Origin: Bdellovibrionales bacterium
GTDB taxonomy: Bacteria > Bdellovibrionota > Bdellovibrionia > Bdellovibrionales > DASUEL01
DNA length: 64,000 nt
NCBI GenBank assembly: GCA_050250255.1
Contig: JBFWOZ010000012.1
Span: forward strand, 11,620 to 75,619
Direction of reading: 5' to 3'
Position numbers and translations under genes: made by a program. Shown piece after piece: positions 37,976 to 47,080 of this stretch. The notes beneath the pieces were generated by a model. It worked only from the letters and a program-made list of their open reading frames with translations, searched no databases and was not told the origin of the DNA. Each line of letters starts with the position of its first letter. Position 1 is the first letter of the stretch.

Positions 37976-38809
37976 TTATTTCTTTTTTTGTGCACTAGGT
38001 ATATTGCCAAATAAGTGAGTGATATTTTTTGTGTCGATCTTTACTTTGCCCGCGGCTTCCTCGGGTGTTTTGGCGGCTTCGGTGGCGATGCTAAGCAGAG
38101 GAGATTTGGTTCCTAAGATTTCTCCTTGAGGAGTAAGATAGCTAATGAATCTAATTTTCTTAAATTCGTTAATTACCTTAAAGGCATCTTGACCGTTAAA
38201 TTTTTCTTCTTCTTTTACGAAGGCCGTTCCTTCAGAAACAGTCGCATCTTCCTCGGCAACTGCATTGTAAGTGTAGTTGTTGCCAGTTTTTAAGCCTTCT
38301 TTGGATTGCAAAATGATGTAGGTCAAAAAACTCGAGAGAAATGTATTTTCAGGTAAGATCTGATCCACCTTGCTCGTTTTCCCATTTTCGGTGATAGAAG
38401 CAACCATGCGTAGAGTTTTCTTTTTGTCTTTTGATTTTTTTCCGCCACCCTTTTCTTCTTTAAAAGCGGCATCGATGATCTTCACTTTTTTTCCAACAGA
38501 AGAAGTGTATTGATACTTCACAGGAAGAATCCATTGGTTGGGTTTGGTGATTTGTAAGGATTCAGCCTTCAGCGCTTCGGTGACATCATTTCCCATCGCA
38601 TTGGATTTCAAAAAAGAAGTTTGAATGAACTTTTTTGTCTTCGAATCGAGCTCATAGCGAATGATGTAGTAGCCAACATGCTGGCCGGCAGAGAGGACTT
38701 TATGCCAGCCTTCATACACAACGTCTGCGCTGACTGTTTGCGGAAGGAAGAAAGCTAGACTAATGAAAAGGCTGAGTATATGGCCTAATGTCGAGTTACG
38801 CATAAGCAA
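37976..38809 (-). CDS. Secreted hypothetical protein
   Basis: Signal peptide ending VSA; beta-rich; apparently co-transcribed with nagZ. Confidence 0.7.
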   Translation of the reverse strand: MLMRNSTLGHILSLFISLAFFLPQTVSADVVYEGWHKVLSAGQHVGYYIIRYELDSKTKKFIQTSFLKSNAMGNDVTEALKAESLQITKPNQWILPVKYQYTSSVGKKVKIIDAAFKEEKGGGKKSKDKKKTLRMVASITENGKTSKVDQILPENTFLSSFLTYIILQSKEGLKTGNNYTYNAVAEEDATVSEGTAFVKEEEKFNGQDAFKVINEFKKIRFISYLTPQGEILGTKSPLLSIATEAAKTPEEAAGKVKIDTKNITHLFGNIPSAQKKK

Positions 38810-38921
38810 TCCTTTGCTAATTAAGGGCGTGTTCCAGATAAAAATCTTAACGAGCTAATTCTCCTCTGTCTACGAGAATACTGTACTCCTTTTTGTGAAG
38901 GATTCTCAGTAAAATAAACGA

Positions 38922-40934
38922 GTGGACAACCCTGATTTTGCATCTCGAAAACCCTCGACCATCCTTGCCAATTCGCGTGGTCAAATGGCCGTTTTTGTTG
39001 CGCTCATTTTTCAAGTGCTCTTTGTTTTCTTTGCGATGGTGATAAACGTCGGACTTTTGGTTCACGATAAAATCAATTTACAAAACTCCGTAGATCTCGC
39101 CGCAATTTATGCTGCTCAACGGCAAGCAGAAATTCTCAACACTATTGCACATTCGAATTATCAGATTCACCAAAGTTGGAAATTACTCGCATGGCGAATC
39201 CGTATTCTCGGCGATGTAGGACGGCTGAGTCATCCATCGAATAACCCCAGCAACCCAGGCCCCTACACTGACGATATTGATGCAACAACTCTTTCTATGC
39301 CTCCGCTAGTTTGTGTCGACAATGGTTTGTGGCTTGGCACGAATCAAAATAGTTGCGAAAAGGCACTTCTCACGACTCCTGCCATCCCTACACTTCAGAT
39401 TGCTCCGGGCTTTACGTTACCGTGGGTAAACACCACCGCTCAGTATACTGCTCAAGCTCAGCAACAATACGGTAGAGATTGTGAGGAATTGGGAACTACA
39501 AATTGGGTAATGGCAGCAAAGTGGTTGGCCGCTTACAAACTTGATATCGCAAACCGAAAAGAAATTATTCGCAACTTAGGGACAAATTTAACTTTACCGC
39601 CGGTTCCACAACCTGGTGGATTCAAAGAACTCTCGGGTGGTTATTGGATTGAGGGAATTGAAAAAACTCTGCGTGCGAACCTTACTCGTGCCAATCGCAA
39701 CGGCCTCGACCCACAAAAAATTCAGGTTTTCAATTCTCTACAGGGAGTTCCGATGGAGCAGTGGCTTCCGGAAATTTTTGTATTTCCTCTCGTTTACTAT
39801 ACGGATTCCTATTTAGATGCTCAGAGGAGATGCCAATTTATACCAGAAATTCTTAATCTTGATGGTGGGGGACGGTTACCCCGCAAATTTATAGCGAGTG
39901 TCGATCCGTTGAAAACATTAGAAGGTGCCCTTTACGAATCCACGGACCCGAATGATCTTATCAAGTCGATTTGGGGCTATGAAAAAAATCCGTGGTATCT
40001 TGTTTACGCTGGTCTTAAAGTAGAGACCGAGCCCATTCATCCTTTTGCTCCTTTTGGAAAAGGTGTAAAGCTTACGGCGAGATCTTTTGCACAACCTTTT
40101 GGCGGACGGATTGGACCGTGGCATAAATCTCAGTGGAATGCTGGTGAGATAAATTCTTCAGGAAACAAAGTTGATGGTTTGGCGCCTGATCGCTATGACG
40201 GAACGGGACTGAGTGCAGATTTTAGAGTGAATGTACCCAATTTCTCTCGTTACCCCGGCGATCCGTTGGGCTTAACAGCGCAAAATACGTTGGCAGAGCT
40301 GAGACCGTTTGTACAGCAAGGGAAAAAAGTAAGTTTTGAAGATTATAATTTAATACCTGGTGATCTTTTTGACCCACAAGGTGATGTCTTAGCTCGAAAT
40401 CCCCAAAACCCCGCTCCGGATATTCGTTTTTACGAAATGTCTGGCCTGTCTCCAGATTTTTTCGATGCTATTTACTATTCGATCGATCCGAATTTTTATC
40501 TCAACTACCTCCAGCTCGCATTCAATCAATATTTTGGAGCAAGCTTTGCTTTAAGACCGGATTTAGGATTCGCTTGGGACGGAATCAAAACTTTTGCGGT
40601 AAGAGATCAAGTCTCCGCAATGCTTGTGACGGATGGACCTAATCAAGCAACATATCGAGTGAGAACCGCTCCAGATCAATTTCTAACGGCCTGGGCTCAG
40701 CCCGCAACTATGGATTACAGTTTTCCCGATACTCTTTTTGGTCAATGTGAGCAACCGGTAGATGCGAATTATGAAAATAAAGGTATATCAATTCCTGGCA
40801 GTTGCATTCGCGGTGGCAGGAACGGCTACTCGGTCAAAACTATTTCCCGTGATTACTTAAACCAATCAAGCTTGGAGCTAGGTGGAAAAGGTATAAAGGG
40901 CGGAATCGCCAATCGACCTCCATCCAATTTTTAA
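38922..40934 (+). CDS. TadG-like Flp/Tad pilus assembly protein (large minor pilin)
   Basis: RGQMAVFVALIF…VGLLVHDKINLQNSVDLAA Tad N-terminal signature. Confidence 0.8.
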   Translation: MDNPDFASRKPSTILANSRGQMAVFVALIFQVLFVFFAMVINVGLLVHDKINLQNSVDLAAIYAAQRQAEILNTIAHSNYQIHQSWKLLAWRIRILGDVGRLSHPSNNPSNPGPYTDDIDATTLSMPPLVCVDNGLWLGTNQNSCEKALLTTPAIPTLQIAPGFTLPWVNTTAQYTAQAQQQYGRDCEELGTTNWVMAAKWLAAYKLDIANRKEIIRNLGTNLTLPPVPQPGGFKELSGGYWIEGIEKTLRANLTRANRNGLDPQKIQVFNSLQGVPMEQWLPEIFVFPLVYYTDSYLDAQRRCQFIPEILNLDGGGRLPRKFIASVDPLKTLEGALYESTDPNDLIKSIWGYEKNPWYLVYAGLKVETEPIHPFAPFGKGVKLTARSFAQPFGGRIGPWHKSQWNAGEINSSGNKVDGLAPDRYDGTGLSADFRVNVPNFSRYPGDPLGLTAQNTLAELRPFVQQGKKVSFEDYNLIPGDLFDPQGDVLARNPQNPAPDIRFYEMSGLSPDFFDAIYYSIDPNFYLNYLQLAFNQYFGASFALRPDLGFAWDGIKTFAVRDQVSAMLVTDGPNQATYRVRTAPDQFLTAWAQPATMDYSFPDTLFGQCEQPVDANYENKGISIPGSCIRGGRNGYSVKTISRDYLNQSSLELGGKGIKGGIANRPPSNF

Positions 40935-42122
40935 ATGAAAATTATTTTTGCACTTCTCTTTATTTCACAGTCTGTGTTTGCCTCGGGTGTTGACCTACAT
41001 TCGCATCTTTTTATGGAAGAGGGGATTCCGCAATGGCTTTATAAAGGCTGCTTTCAATGTCCACTCAAGGCCACCAGTGCAAAAGATTTATTCTCTTCAA
41101 AAATTAATCGTGATGAGCTTTTAAAATCCGATCTCGACATCATGGTGGCTTCGCTCTACGCACACGCTCTGGGAAGATATCAAAAAAGAGAAGCGATTCG
41201 ACATCAGATTCGACTTGCAAAGGATTTTGTCAACGAGTGGCCGCAGTGGGTGCTCGCGACCGATGCCCAGCAGGCGACACGCGCGCTTGCACAAAGGAAA
41301 AAAGTTTTGATTTTATCTCTCGAAGGAGCAGAGGGTGTTCTTGAGACCGAGGCCGATTTTGATGAGTTTGTTGCCTACGGTCCGTTAAGAATCGTCACGC
41401 CTATTCATCTCTCCGACGATGAAGTTGGTGGGGCAGCCCTTTTGCAGCATATCTTCGGCATCATTAATCCTCTGGCTTTTTTCAAATCGTTTGTGAACGG
41501 AAGAAAAGTAGAAAACGTTCGAGTGAATAACAAGGGTCTCACGCCTAAGGGACGCTGGGTGATCCAAAGACTTTTAGATTACCGAGTCTGGATTGATCTC
41601 ACTCATGCCTCGGATATGTCCCAAATGGAAATGATCTCGATGATGAAAAAAGCAAAACAACCACTTCTCTACACGCACACAGTGCTAAGAGAATTTCACG
41701 GCGCGGAACGTGGCTTAGCACAATGGCAAATCGAAGAGTTAAAAGCCACAGGCGGAATGGTGGGCATTCTTCCGAGTCCAAACTATTTGCACCGAGCAGA
41801 ATCCTCCCAAGTTAAAAAATGTGAAAACTGTGATTCCAGCTGCACGACAGGCTTTTACAGTTTTGTTGTGCACTATCAAAAGTTAGCTCGCGAGCTAGGT
41901 CAAGATGCGGTGACCGCGGGCACGGACTTCAATGCGCCTCTGCCACATCTCGTGCCCCAATGCGGTTTTCGAGAGGGGGTGGGTCGAGAAGGTTTCTGGA
42001 AAGCGTCTCAATATAAGAATTTGTGGGAGAGTTTCCCTCTTTTTGAGCAACCTGTACCGCGTGCGGATCTCACAACCCAAAAATTTTTGAAACTTTGGTC
42101 TCAGGTTCAATCCCCACGCTGA
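40935..42122 (+). CDS. Secreted membrane-dipeptidase (M19/amidohydrolase) family protein
   Basis: DLHSH, LSLEG, GLTPKG, IDLTHAS, YTH and GTDFN motifs. Confidence 0.85.
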   Translation: MKIIFALLFISQSVFASGVDLHSHLFMEEGIPQWLYKGCFQCPLKATSAKDLFSSKINRDELLKSDLDIMVASLYAHALGRYQKREAIRHQIRLAKDFVNEWPQWVLATDAQQATRALAQRKKVLILSLEGAEGVLETEADFDEFVAYGPLRIVTPIHLSDDEVGGAALLQHIFGIINPLAFFKSFVNGRKVENVRVNNKGLTPKGRWVIQRLLDYRVWIDLTHASDMSQMEMISMMKKAKQPLLYTHTVLREFHGAERGLAQWQIEELKATGGMVGILPSPNYLHRAESSQVKKCENCDSSCTTGFYSFVVHYQKLARELGQDAVTAGTDFNAPLPHLVPQCGFREGVGREGFWKASQYKNLWESFPLFEQPVPRADLTTQKFLKLWSQVQSPR

Positions 42123-42146
42123 GTTTTCTTCTGATTTCTCCGATAA
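42120..42146 (+). promoter_or_regulatory. Putative sigma28 (FliA)-type promoter
   Basis: TGAG-N15-TCCGATAA. Confidence 0.5.
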
Positions 42147-42326
42147 ATGAGATGTAGGAATGTCACCTTCAAGGATGTCTCACTTTGAGAATCGCAAGGT
42201 GTCGATTTCTTGAGTTGAAGTTAGAAAACTCACTCTGGGTAGCGATTCAGTTGAGAGGCGAAAGAGGAATAGATTCTCTTAGTGGCGCTCAAATTGCTTC
42301 TTAGTAGAGCGGGGACAGGGGGAAAT

Positions 42327-44057
42327 GTGTCGCTGACAATCCAAAAATTGAATAAAAAAACTCTCACCGCTTTGGTGGTTTTGAGTGCGCTCCTCACCCT
42401 CGCTCCTCTTATCTCCCATGCGGGCATTTATGAGGACCACCGTACTTGTTTGAGCCGATATGACCAAGATGCATGTGATTCTGTTTACGATAATTGCATG
42501 AAACTTGGAGATCAAAACGCCTGCAATCAGCTTCAGCAAATGGCTGGTTCGGCACGAGCGCCTTCAGGACAGCAGCAATCAGATGGAGGCAGCTCCTCAT
42601 CGAGCAATGAACCCGTATGTGATGATGGAGATCAAGACCCAAGATGTTTTTCTAATCGCACGGCCCTAGACATCCAGCTTACCGATTGCCAACAGAAAGG
42701 CTGGCCTGATTGCCAAAGATATTATGATAGCTGTAAATCTGGATCGGGTGGATGTGAGGCTTTGAGTAGTCGATCACGAATCGCGAACACCGGACCGTCT
42801 GCAAATCAAAATTCGACGCCCCCTGTATGTGATGATGGAGATCAAGATCCGCAATGTCAGACAAATAATGCACAAGCGGACCAAGCAAAGACTGCGGCAG
42901 CAGTAGCAGCTCAGTGTAACGGAAAAGTAAAAAATGCGGGGAGAGCTTGTGAGCCGCCAGCAGAATTAGGTCAATTGATCCAAACGATTGCGTCGGGATT
43001 TCAGTCCAACAATATCAAAGATGCATGTAAAAACGTTGAGAAACTTTCGAAAATGAGTGCGGCGGCGAGTACAGCTTTTTCGACAATCTGTTTGTCGGCG
43101 GCGAGTTCTTGTGTGAGCACATGTACTGCTGCGGGTACTTATTATCAAGCTCAAGTCGAAACTTGTAAAGAGTATCGCGGGCGATCTTATGAAGGTTTTA
43201 TTTCTGCTGGCCTCAATCTTTATCAGGCAAGGCAGAGTCGTGAGTGTGCCGACGCGTTAGCGAGCGAAAACAACGAGTGCAGTACTCCTGCGCAAATCGC
43301 GAGCAATCAAACTTGTCCGGGTTATTGTAGCGCTCCCGCCAACTATTTGAATAAAGAAAATCCATGTTACTTTTGTAACCTTGCTGAATATGCTTCAACA
43401 CCTTCTTGTAAATGTCAGAAGCCAGAAAATAAAAATTTAACGGAATGTAAGGGTCCAGTAGCGACTCTTCCTCCAAATTTTGTCCCACCAACAATGCCAA
43501 CTCTTCCCACAACAACTCCTACAGCTGCGACGCCAACGTCGTTGCCAACGGGGACATTAAATACCGGAAGACTTTCAGAACCTGAAGATGATGATGATGA
43601 AGCCATGGGTAATGGTTACGTTCCCGGAGAAGCCGGAGCTCCGAAGGCTGTCACTCCGATGGGTAGTGGTGGTGGAACGGGAGGCGGTGCAGCTGGGCTC
43701 TTGGGCGGCGGAAGTTCTCTTGGTGGTATGGGTGGTGGCGGCTCAGGCACCGGCCCTTACAATACCGACATTGAAAAAGGAATGGTCAACGCTGGCGGTG
43801 GTGGCGGTGGATACGGTGGCGGTGGCGGCTACGGCGGTGGCGGGAACATGGGTGCGGGTGGCGGTGGATACGGCGGAAAAGATGATCCTAAGATTGATTG
43901 GAAGTCATTTCTACCTGGCGGAAAAAATGCGGGTCGTGCACCAGCGGGCATATCACCGCAACTTTTTAATAACGGAATTACGGCCGCAAACGGTTTAACA
44001 AATTTTGAAAAAGTGAATCGTAAAATGAAAGAGAAAAGGGAGTACTTGGTTCCATGA
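42327..44057 (+). CDS. Secreted Cys-rich/Gly-rich protein
   Basis: GTG start behind AGGGGG (the ORF is open from 42282); signal peptide ending SHA; duplicated PVCDDGDQDPxC module; Pro/Thr linker; poly-Gly tail. Confidence 0.8.
   Translation: MSLTIQKLNKKTLTALVVLSALLTLAPLISHAGIYEDHRTCLSRYDQDACDSVYDNCMKLGDQNACNQLQQMAGSARAPSGQQQSDGGSSSSSNEPVCDDGDQDPRCFSNRTALDIQLTDCQQKGWPDCQRYYDSCKSGSGGCEALSSRSRIANTGPSANQNSTPPVCDDGDQDPQCQTNNAQADQAKTAAAVAAQCNGKVKNAGRACEPPAELGQLIQTIASGFQSNNIKDACKNVEKLSKMSAAASTAFSTICLSAASSCVSTCTAAGTYYQAQVETCKEYRGRSYEGFISAGLNLYQARQSRECADALASENNECSTPAQIASNQTCPGYCSAPANYLNKENPCYFCNLAEYASTPSCKCQKPENKNLTECKGPVATLPPNFVPPTMPTLPTTTPTAATPTSLPTGTLNTGRLSEPEDDDDEAMGNGYVPGEAGAPKAVTPMGSGGGTGGGAAGLLGGGSSLGGMGGGGSGTGPYNTDIEKGMVNAGGGGGGYGGGGGYGGGGNMGAGGGGYGGKDDPKIDWKSFLPGGKNAGRAPAGISPQLFNNGITAANGLTNFEKVNRKMKEKREYLVP
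42612..42851 (+). repeat. Intragenic direct repeat (PVCDDGDQDP x2, 210 nt apart)
   Basis: GTATGTGATGATGGAGATCAAGA is identical at 42615 and 42825. Confidence 0.9.
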
Positions 44058-45070
44058 GAATAAATATTTTCCTATTTTTCTGTGTATCCTTTTTAGGGTC
44101 CATGGCGAACGCTCAAGGACAAAACTGGATGGCCAACAATATCTCCAAGGGTTTGAGTGGATCAACTCGGAATGCGACTGTTCAATTTGGTAAAGATATT
44201 CCTCTAAATCAAACGAGCGAAAGAACTTTAGAGAGTGCTTGTAGCTCTGGTTGGTCATGCGTTTTGCTTGCTGCCCAATATGTTCAAACGGGGATGTCAG
44301 TTTATTCTCTTTTAAAAAGTGAGGATGCTTCGAACGCAGCCACTTGCCGAGGACTGTCTTGCACCAACCCTAACGGTAGTAGCGGCGTGAATACCAACCC
44401 TTATGTTGGTGCTCCTGGGGCAAGTCCGACAGGCCCCACAGGTTCCGCTACACCGACGACATATACACCATCGACAAAGGTGTCCAGTGTACCACTTTTT
44501 AAAATGCCAACGTCGGGTCAATTGGGTCCGAAAGAAATCCAGCAATTAAAAGCGATTGCCGCCAACTCGCAAGCGCGACTACAAAATCTTATGAATAAAG
44601 GTTTCAATTACGATCCAGCTACGGGTATGGCAACAACTCCGCAAGGAACTGCCCCCTTAAGTTCACTTACCACTGTCGAGGGTTTGAAAAAAGTAGGTGC
44701 GTCTGAGGCAGAAATCTCCAGCATACAAAGCGCTCTCGCTTCCATAGCACAAACGAACAAAAAAATGAGTGCTGAAGCTGCAAAAATGTTAGTGAAAGCC
44801 TCCCCCAATTTCGGAGCAGAAGAAGGTAGCGATGGTGGCTTCGGTGTGGGCGGTGGCAAACCAGATTTAGAAAATGGTTTTGACGTTTATTTAGCCTCTC
44901 TACAAAATTCTATGCGCGGTCCCTCTTCGAAAACCAGTCTTCAAGGTCTTTCGGTGATGGTGCGCGGTGAGCCCGTAGGAATTGCAGGCGGAAATATTTT
45001 CGAGACGATCAACACTCGTTATGATCTTCTTCGTCAACAAGGTGTTGTCGGCGAAATCGCGAAGCCCTAA
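44054..45070 (+). CDS. Secreted Gly/Ser/Thr-rich protein
   Basis: ATGA overlap with the upstream gene; signal peptide ending ANA; C-terminal GNIFETINTRY. Confidence 0.8.
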   Translation: MRINIFLFFCVSFLGSMANAQGQNWMANNISKGLSGSTRNATVQFGKDIPLNQTSERTLESACSSGWSCVLLAAQYVQTGMSVYSLLKSEDASNAATCRGLSCTNPNGSSGVNTNPYVGAPGASPTGPTGSATPTTYTPSTKVSSVPLFKMPTSGQLGPKEIQQLKAIAANSQARLQNLMNKGFNYDPATGMATTPQGTAPLSSLTTVEGLKKVGASEAEISSIQSALASIAQTNKKMSAEAAKMLVKASPNFGAEEGSDGGFGVGGGKPDLENGFDVYLASLQNSMRGPSSKTSLQGLSVMVRGEPVGIAGGNIFETINTRYDLLRQQGVVGEIAKP

Positions 45071-45160
45071 TCCACTCAAAACTTTTCTTTACATGAAAAT
45101 CTTTTGTGCTAAGAATAATGTAAGCAGATCTCATCTGCCGAAGGAGTATTGAAACAAGAA

Positions 45161-46453
45161 ATGGAAAAAAAGAATTTTCTGTTCGTTTCCCTGACTGGAT
45201 TGATCGGTGACATCGCCTGGCAGGTCACTAAAGAAGGTCACAATGTTAAATTTCATATCAATGACAAAGATGAGAAAGATATTGCCGATGGGTTCGTCGA
45301 AAAGGTCGACGACTGGGAATCACATGTCGACTGGGCGGATGTCATCATCTTCGATGATACTCTTGGCCAGGGCGAGAAAGCCCACGAGCTTCGAAAAAAA
45401 GGCAAGCTCGTTGTGGGTGGTACAGCCTACACCGATCGCTTAGAAGATGATCGCTCTTTTGGACAAGAAGAGCTCAAAAGTGCAGGCGTTTCGATCATTC
45501 CCTATAAAGAATTTGATTCTTTCGATAATGCCATCGAATACGTGAAGCAAAATCCAGATCGCTATGTGATAAAGCCCAGTGGCGAAGCTCAAAACGTCAA
45601 GCGTCGCCTTTTTGTTGGTGAAGAAGAAGACGGCAAAGACGTTGTCTGTATGCTCGAAGCTTATAAAAAATCTTTCTCTAAAGAGATTAAGATTTTCCAA
45701 CTCCAAAAACGAGTAGTCGGCGTAGAGGTTGCCGTCGGTGGATTTTTTAACGGCAAAGAGTTTGTGACTCCGATCAACGTCAATTTCGAACATAAAAAAC
45801 TATTTCCTGGAAACATCGGTCCTCCCACGGGTGAGATGGGCACTTCCATGTTTTGGTCTCAGCCCAACAAACTTTTCAACATGACTCTTAAAAAAATGGA
45901 GTCACGTCTGAGTGCCGAAGGTTACGTGGGATATATCGATGTGAATTGCATCGTGAATGGTAACGGCGTATATCCGCTCGAGTTTACAGCTCGTTTTGGT
46001 TATCCAACAATCATGATTCAGCAAAGTGGTTTTGTTACTCCAACAGGACAGTTCTTTTATGAGCTTGCCGCGGGGACAATGACAAAATTTAAAGCGAAGA
46101 GTGGCTTTCAAGTGGGTGTACGCATCGTGATGCCGCCATTCCCATTTGATGATGAGGCAACATTCGACTCCTTCTCAAGAAACGCGACGATCGAATTTAA
46201 AAAACCTGTTGGGGACGAAGCTCACATCGAAGACGTAAAACTCGTCGATGGCAGATGGACTATCGCCGGCACTTCCGGCGTGATCATGGTGATTGTGGGG
46301 ACGGGGCCCACGATGAAGCAGGCGCAAGCTCAAGTGTATTCCAAAGTTCGAAACGTGATGATTCCTAATATGTATTACCGGGATGACATCGGCGAACGCT
46401 GGATTGAAGACTCCGACAAGCTACATACTTGGGGCTACTTAAGAGATTCTTAA
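45161..46453 (+). CDS. Atypical PurD-like ATP-grasp ligase (phosphoribosylamine--glycine ligase-like)
   Basis: LEDDRSFG, YVIKP, EHKKLF…GPPTGEMG, LEFTARFGYP and YRDDIG motifs. The N-terminus lacks the canonical GSGGREHA. Alternative TTG start at 45149. Confidence 0.75.
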   Translation: MEKKNFLFVSLTGLIGDIAWQVTKEGHNVKFHINDKDEKDIADGFVEKVDDWESHVDWADVIIFDDTLGQGEKAHELRKKGKLVVGGTAYTDRLEDDRSFGQEELKSAGVSIIPYKEFDSFDNAIEYVKQNPDRYVIKPSGEAQNVKRRLFVGEEEDGKDVVCMLEAYKKSFSKEIKIFQLQKRVVGVEVAVGGFFNGKEFVTPINVNFEHKKLFPGNIGPPTGEMGTSMFWSQPNKLFNMTLKKMESRLSAEGYVGYIDVNCIVNGNGVYPLEFTARFGYPTIMIQQSGFVTPTGQFFYELAAGTMTKFKAKSGFQVGVRIVMPPFPFDDEATFDSFSRNATIEFKKPVGDEAHIEDVKLVDGRWTIAGTSGVIMVIVGTGPTMKQAQAQVYSKVRNVMIPNMYYRDDIGERWIEDSDKLHTWGYLRDS

Positions 46454-46515
46454 TAGAATGTGACGGCCCCAGCCAAAAACGAATGTTAAAAAACGCGACG
46501 CCTTAAGTGACTTAG

Positions 46516-46535
46516 ACTCCGAAGTAATTCGGAGT
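46516..46535. terminator. Perfect 8-bp hairpin downstream of the PurD-like gene
   Basis: ACTCCGAA-GTAA-TTCGGAGT. Confidence 0.45.
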
Positions 46536-46611
46536 TCGGTTGTCTACATGGTTAAAAATGAAAACTCGGACTTTACCAGCGAGACCTCATTTTGCTAGTT
46601 TCATTTTCTCG

Positions 46612-47079
46612 ATGAAAAAGAAAACACGTGTTTCCTCGAAAACTAAAAAATATTTTTTACGGTACCCCGTGAAATCTGCCGACACTCCAGCGACCTGTGG
46701 AATGCTCTATGAGCTGCGATATGAACTTAAATCGGATATGAAGAGCTTGCAGGCGGACTTACATGGTTTCAGAGCTGAGATGAATGGCAAATTTGAAGGA
46801 ATAAATGGCAAGTTAGCCGGGATAGATGGCAGGTTCGACGCAATAGACGGAAAATTTGCGGAGATAGATGGCAGGTTTGAAGCATTAGACGGTAAATTTA
46901 AAGCCGTTGATAAGCAGTTTGAATCGCTCAGCGCTGAGATGAGGTCGCATTTTCATAATATGAAGCTTCTGATTGAAGAACAAAACGCCCGCAACAAATA
47001 CGTGCTTGATGGTTATACTCAAATTTTTGATCGGCAAAACAAACTAGATAGCCGCGTCTCTTCTTTAGAAAAAAAATAA
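46612..47079 (+). CDS. Heptad-repeat coiled-coil protein
   Basis: F-x-x-I-D-G-(K/R) repeats; ends LIEEQNARN…LDGY. Start uncertain. Confidence 0.7.
   Translation: MKKKTRVSSKTKKYFLRYPVKSADTPATCGMLYELRYELKSDMKSLQADLHGFRAEMNGKFEGINGKLAGIDGRFDAIDGKFAEIDGRFEALDGKFKAVDKQFESLSAEMRSHFHNMKLLIEEQNARNKYVLDGYTQIFDRQNKLDSRVSSLEKK
46792..46917 (+). repeat. Six degenerate 21-nt tandem coding repeats
   Basis: Units encode FEGINGK/LAGIDGR/FDAIDGK/FAEIDGR/FEALDGK/FKAVDKQ; GATAGATGGCAGG recurs at 42-nt spacing. Confidence 0.85.
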
Positions 47080-47080
47080 C

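Noticed and set aside
42195..42326. Possible c-di-GMP riboswitch in the long leader
   Set aside because: No GEMM core (GGCAAAC…GAAA…GACGCAAAG) could be found; only weak hairpins.
43660..43880. GGT/GGC-rich repeats that look like a repeat array
   Set aside because: In-frame poly-Gly coding sequence, with no spacer structure and not CRISPR-like.
46792..46917. 21-nt periodicity as a possible CRISPR array
   Set aside because: Degenerate contiguous coding heptads with no spacers and no cas genes.
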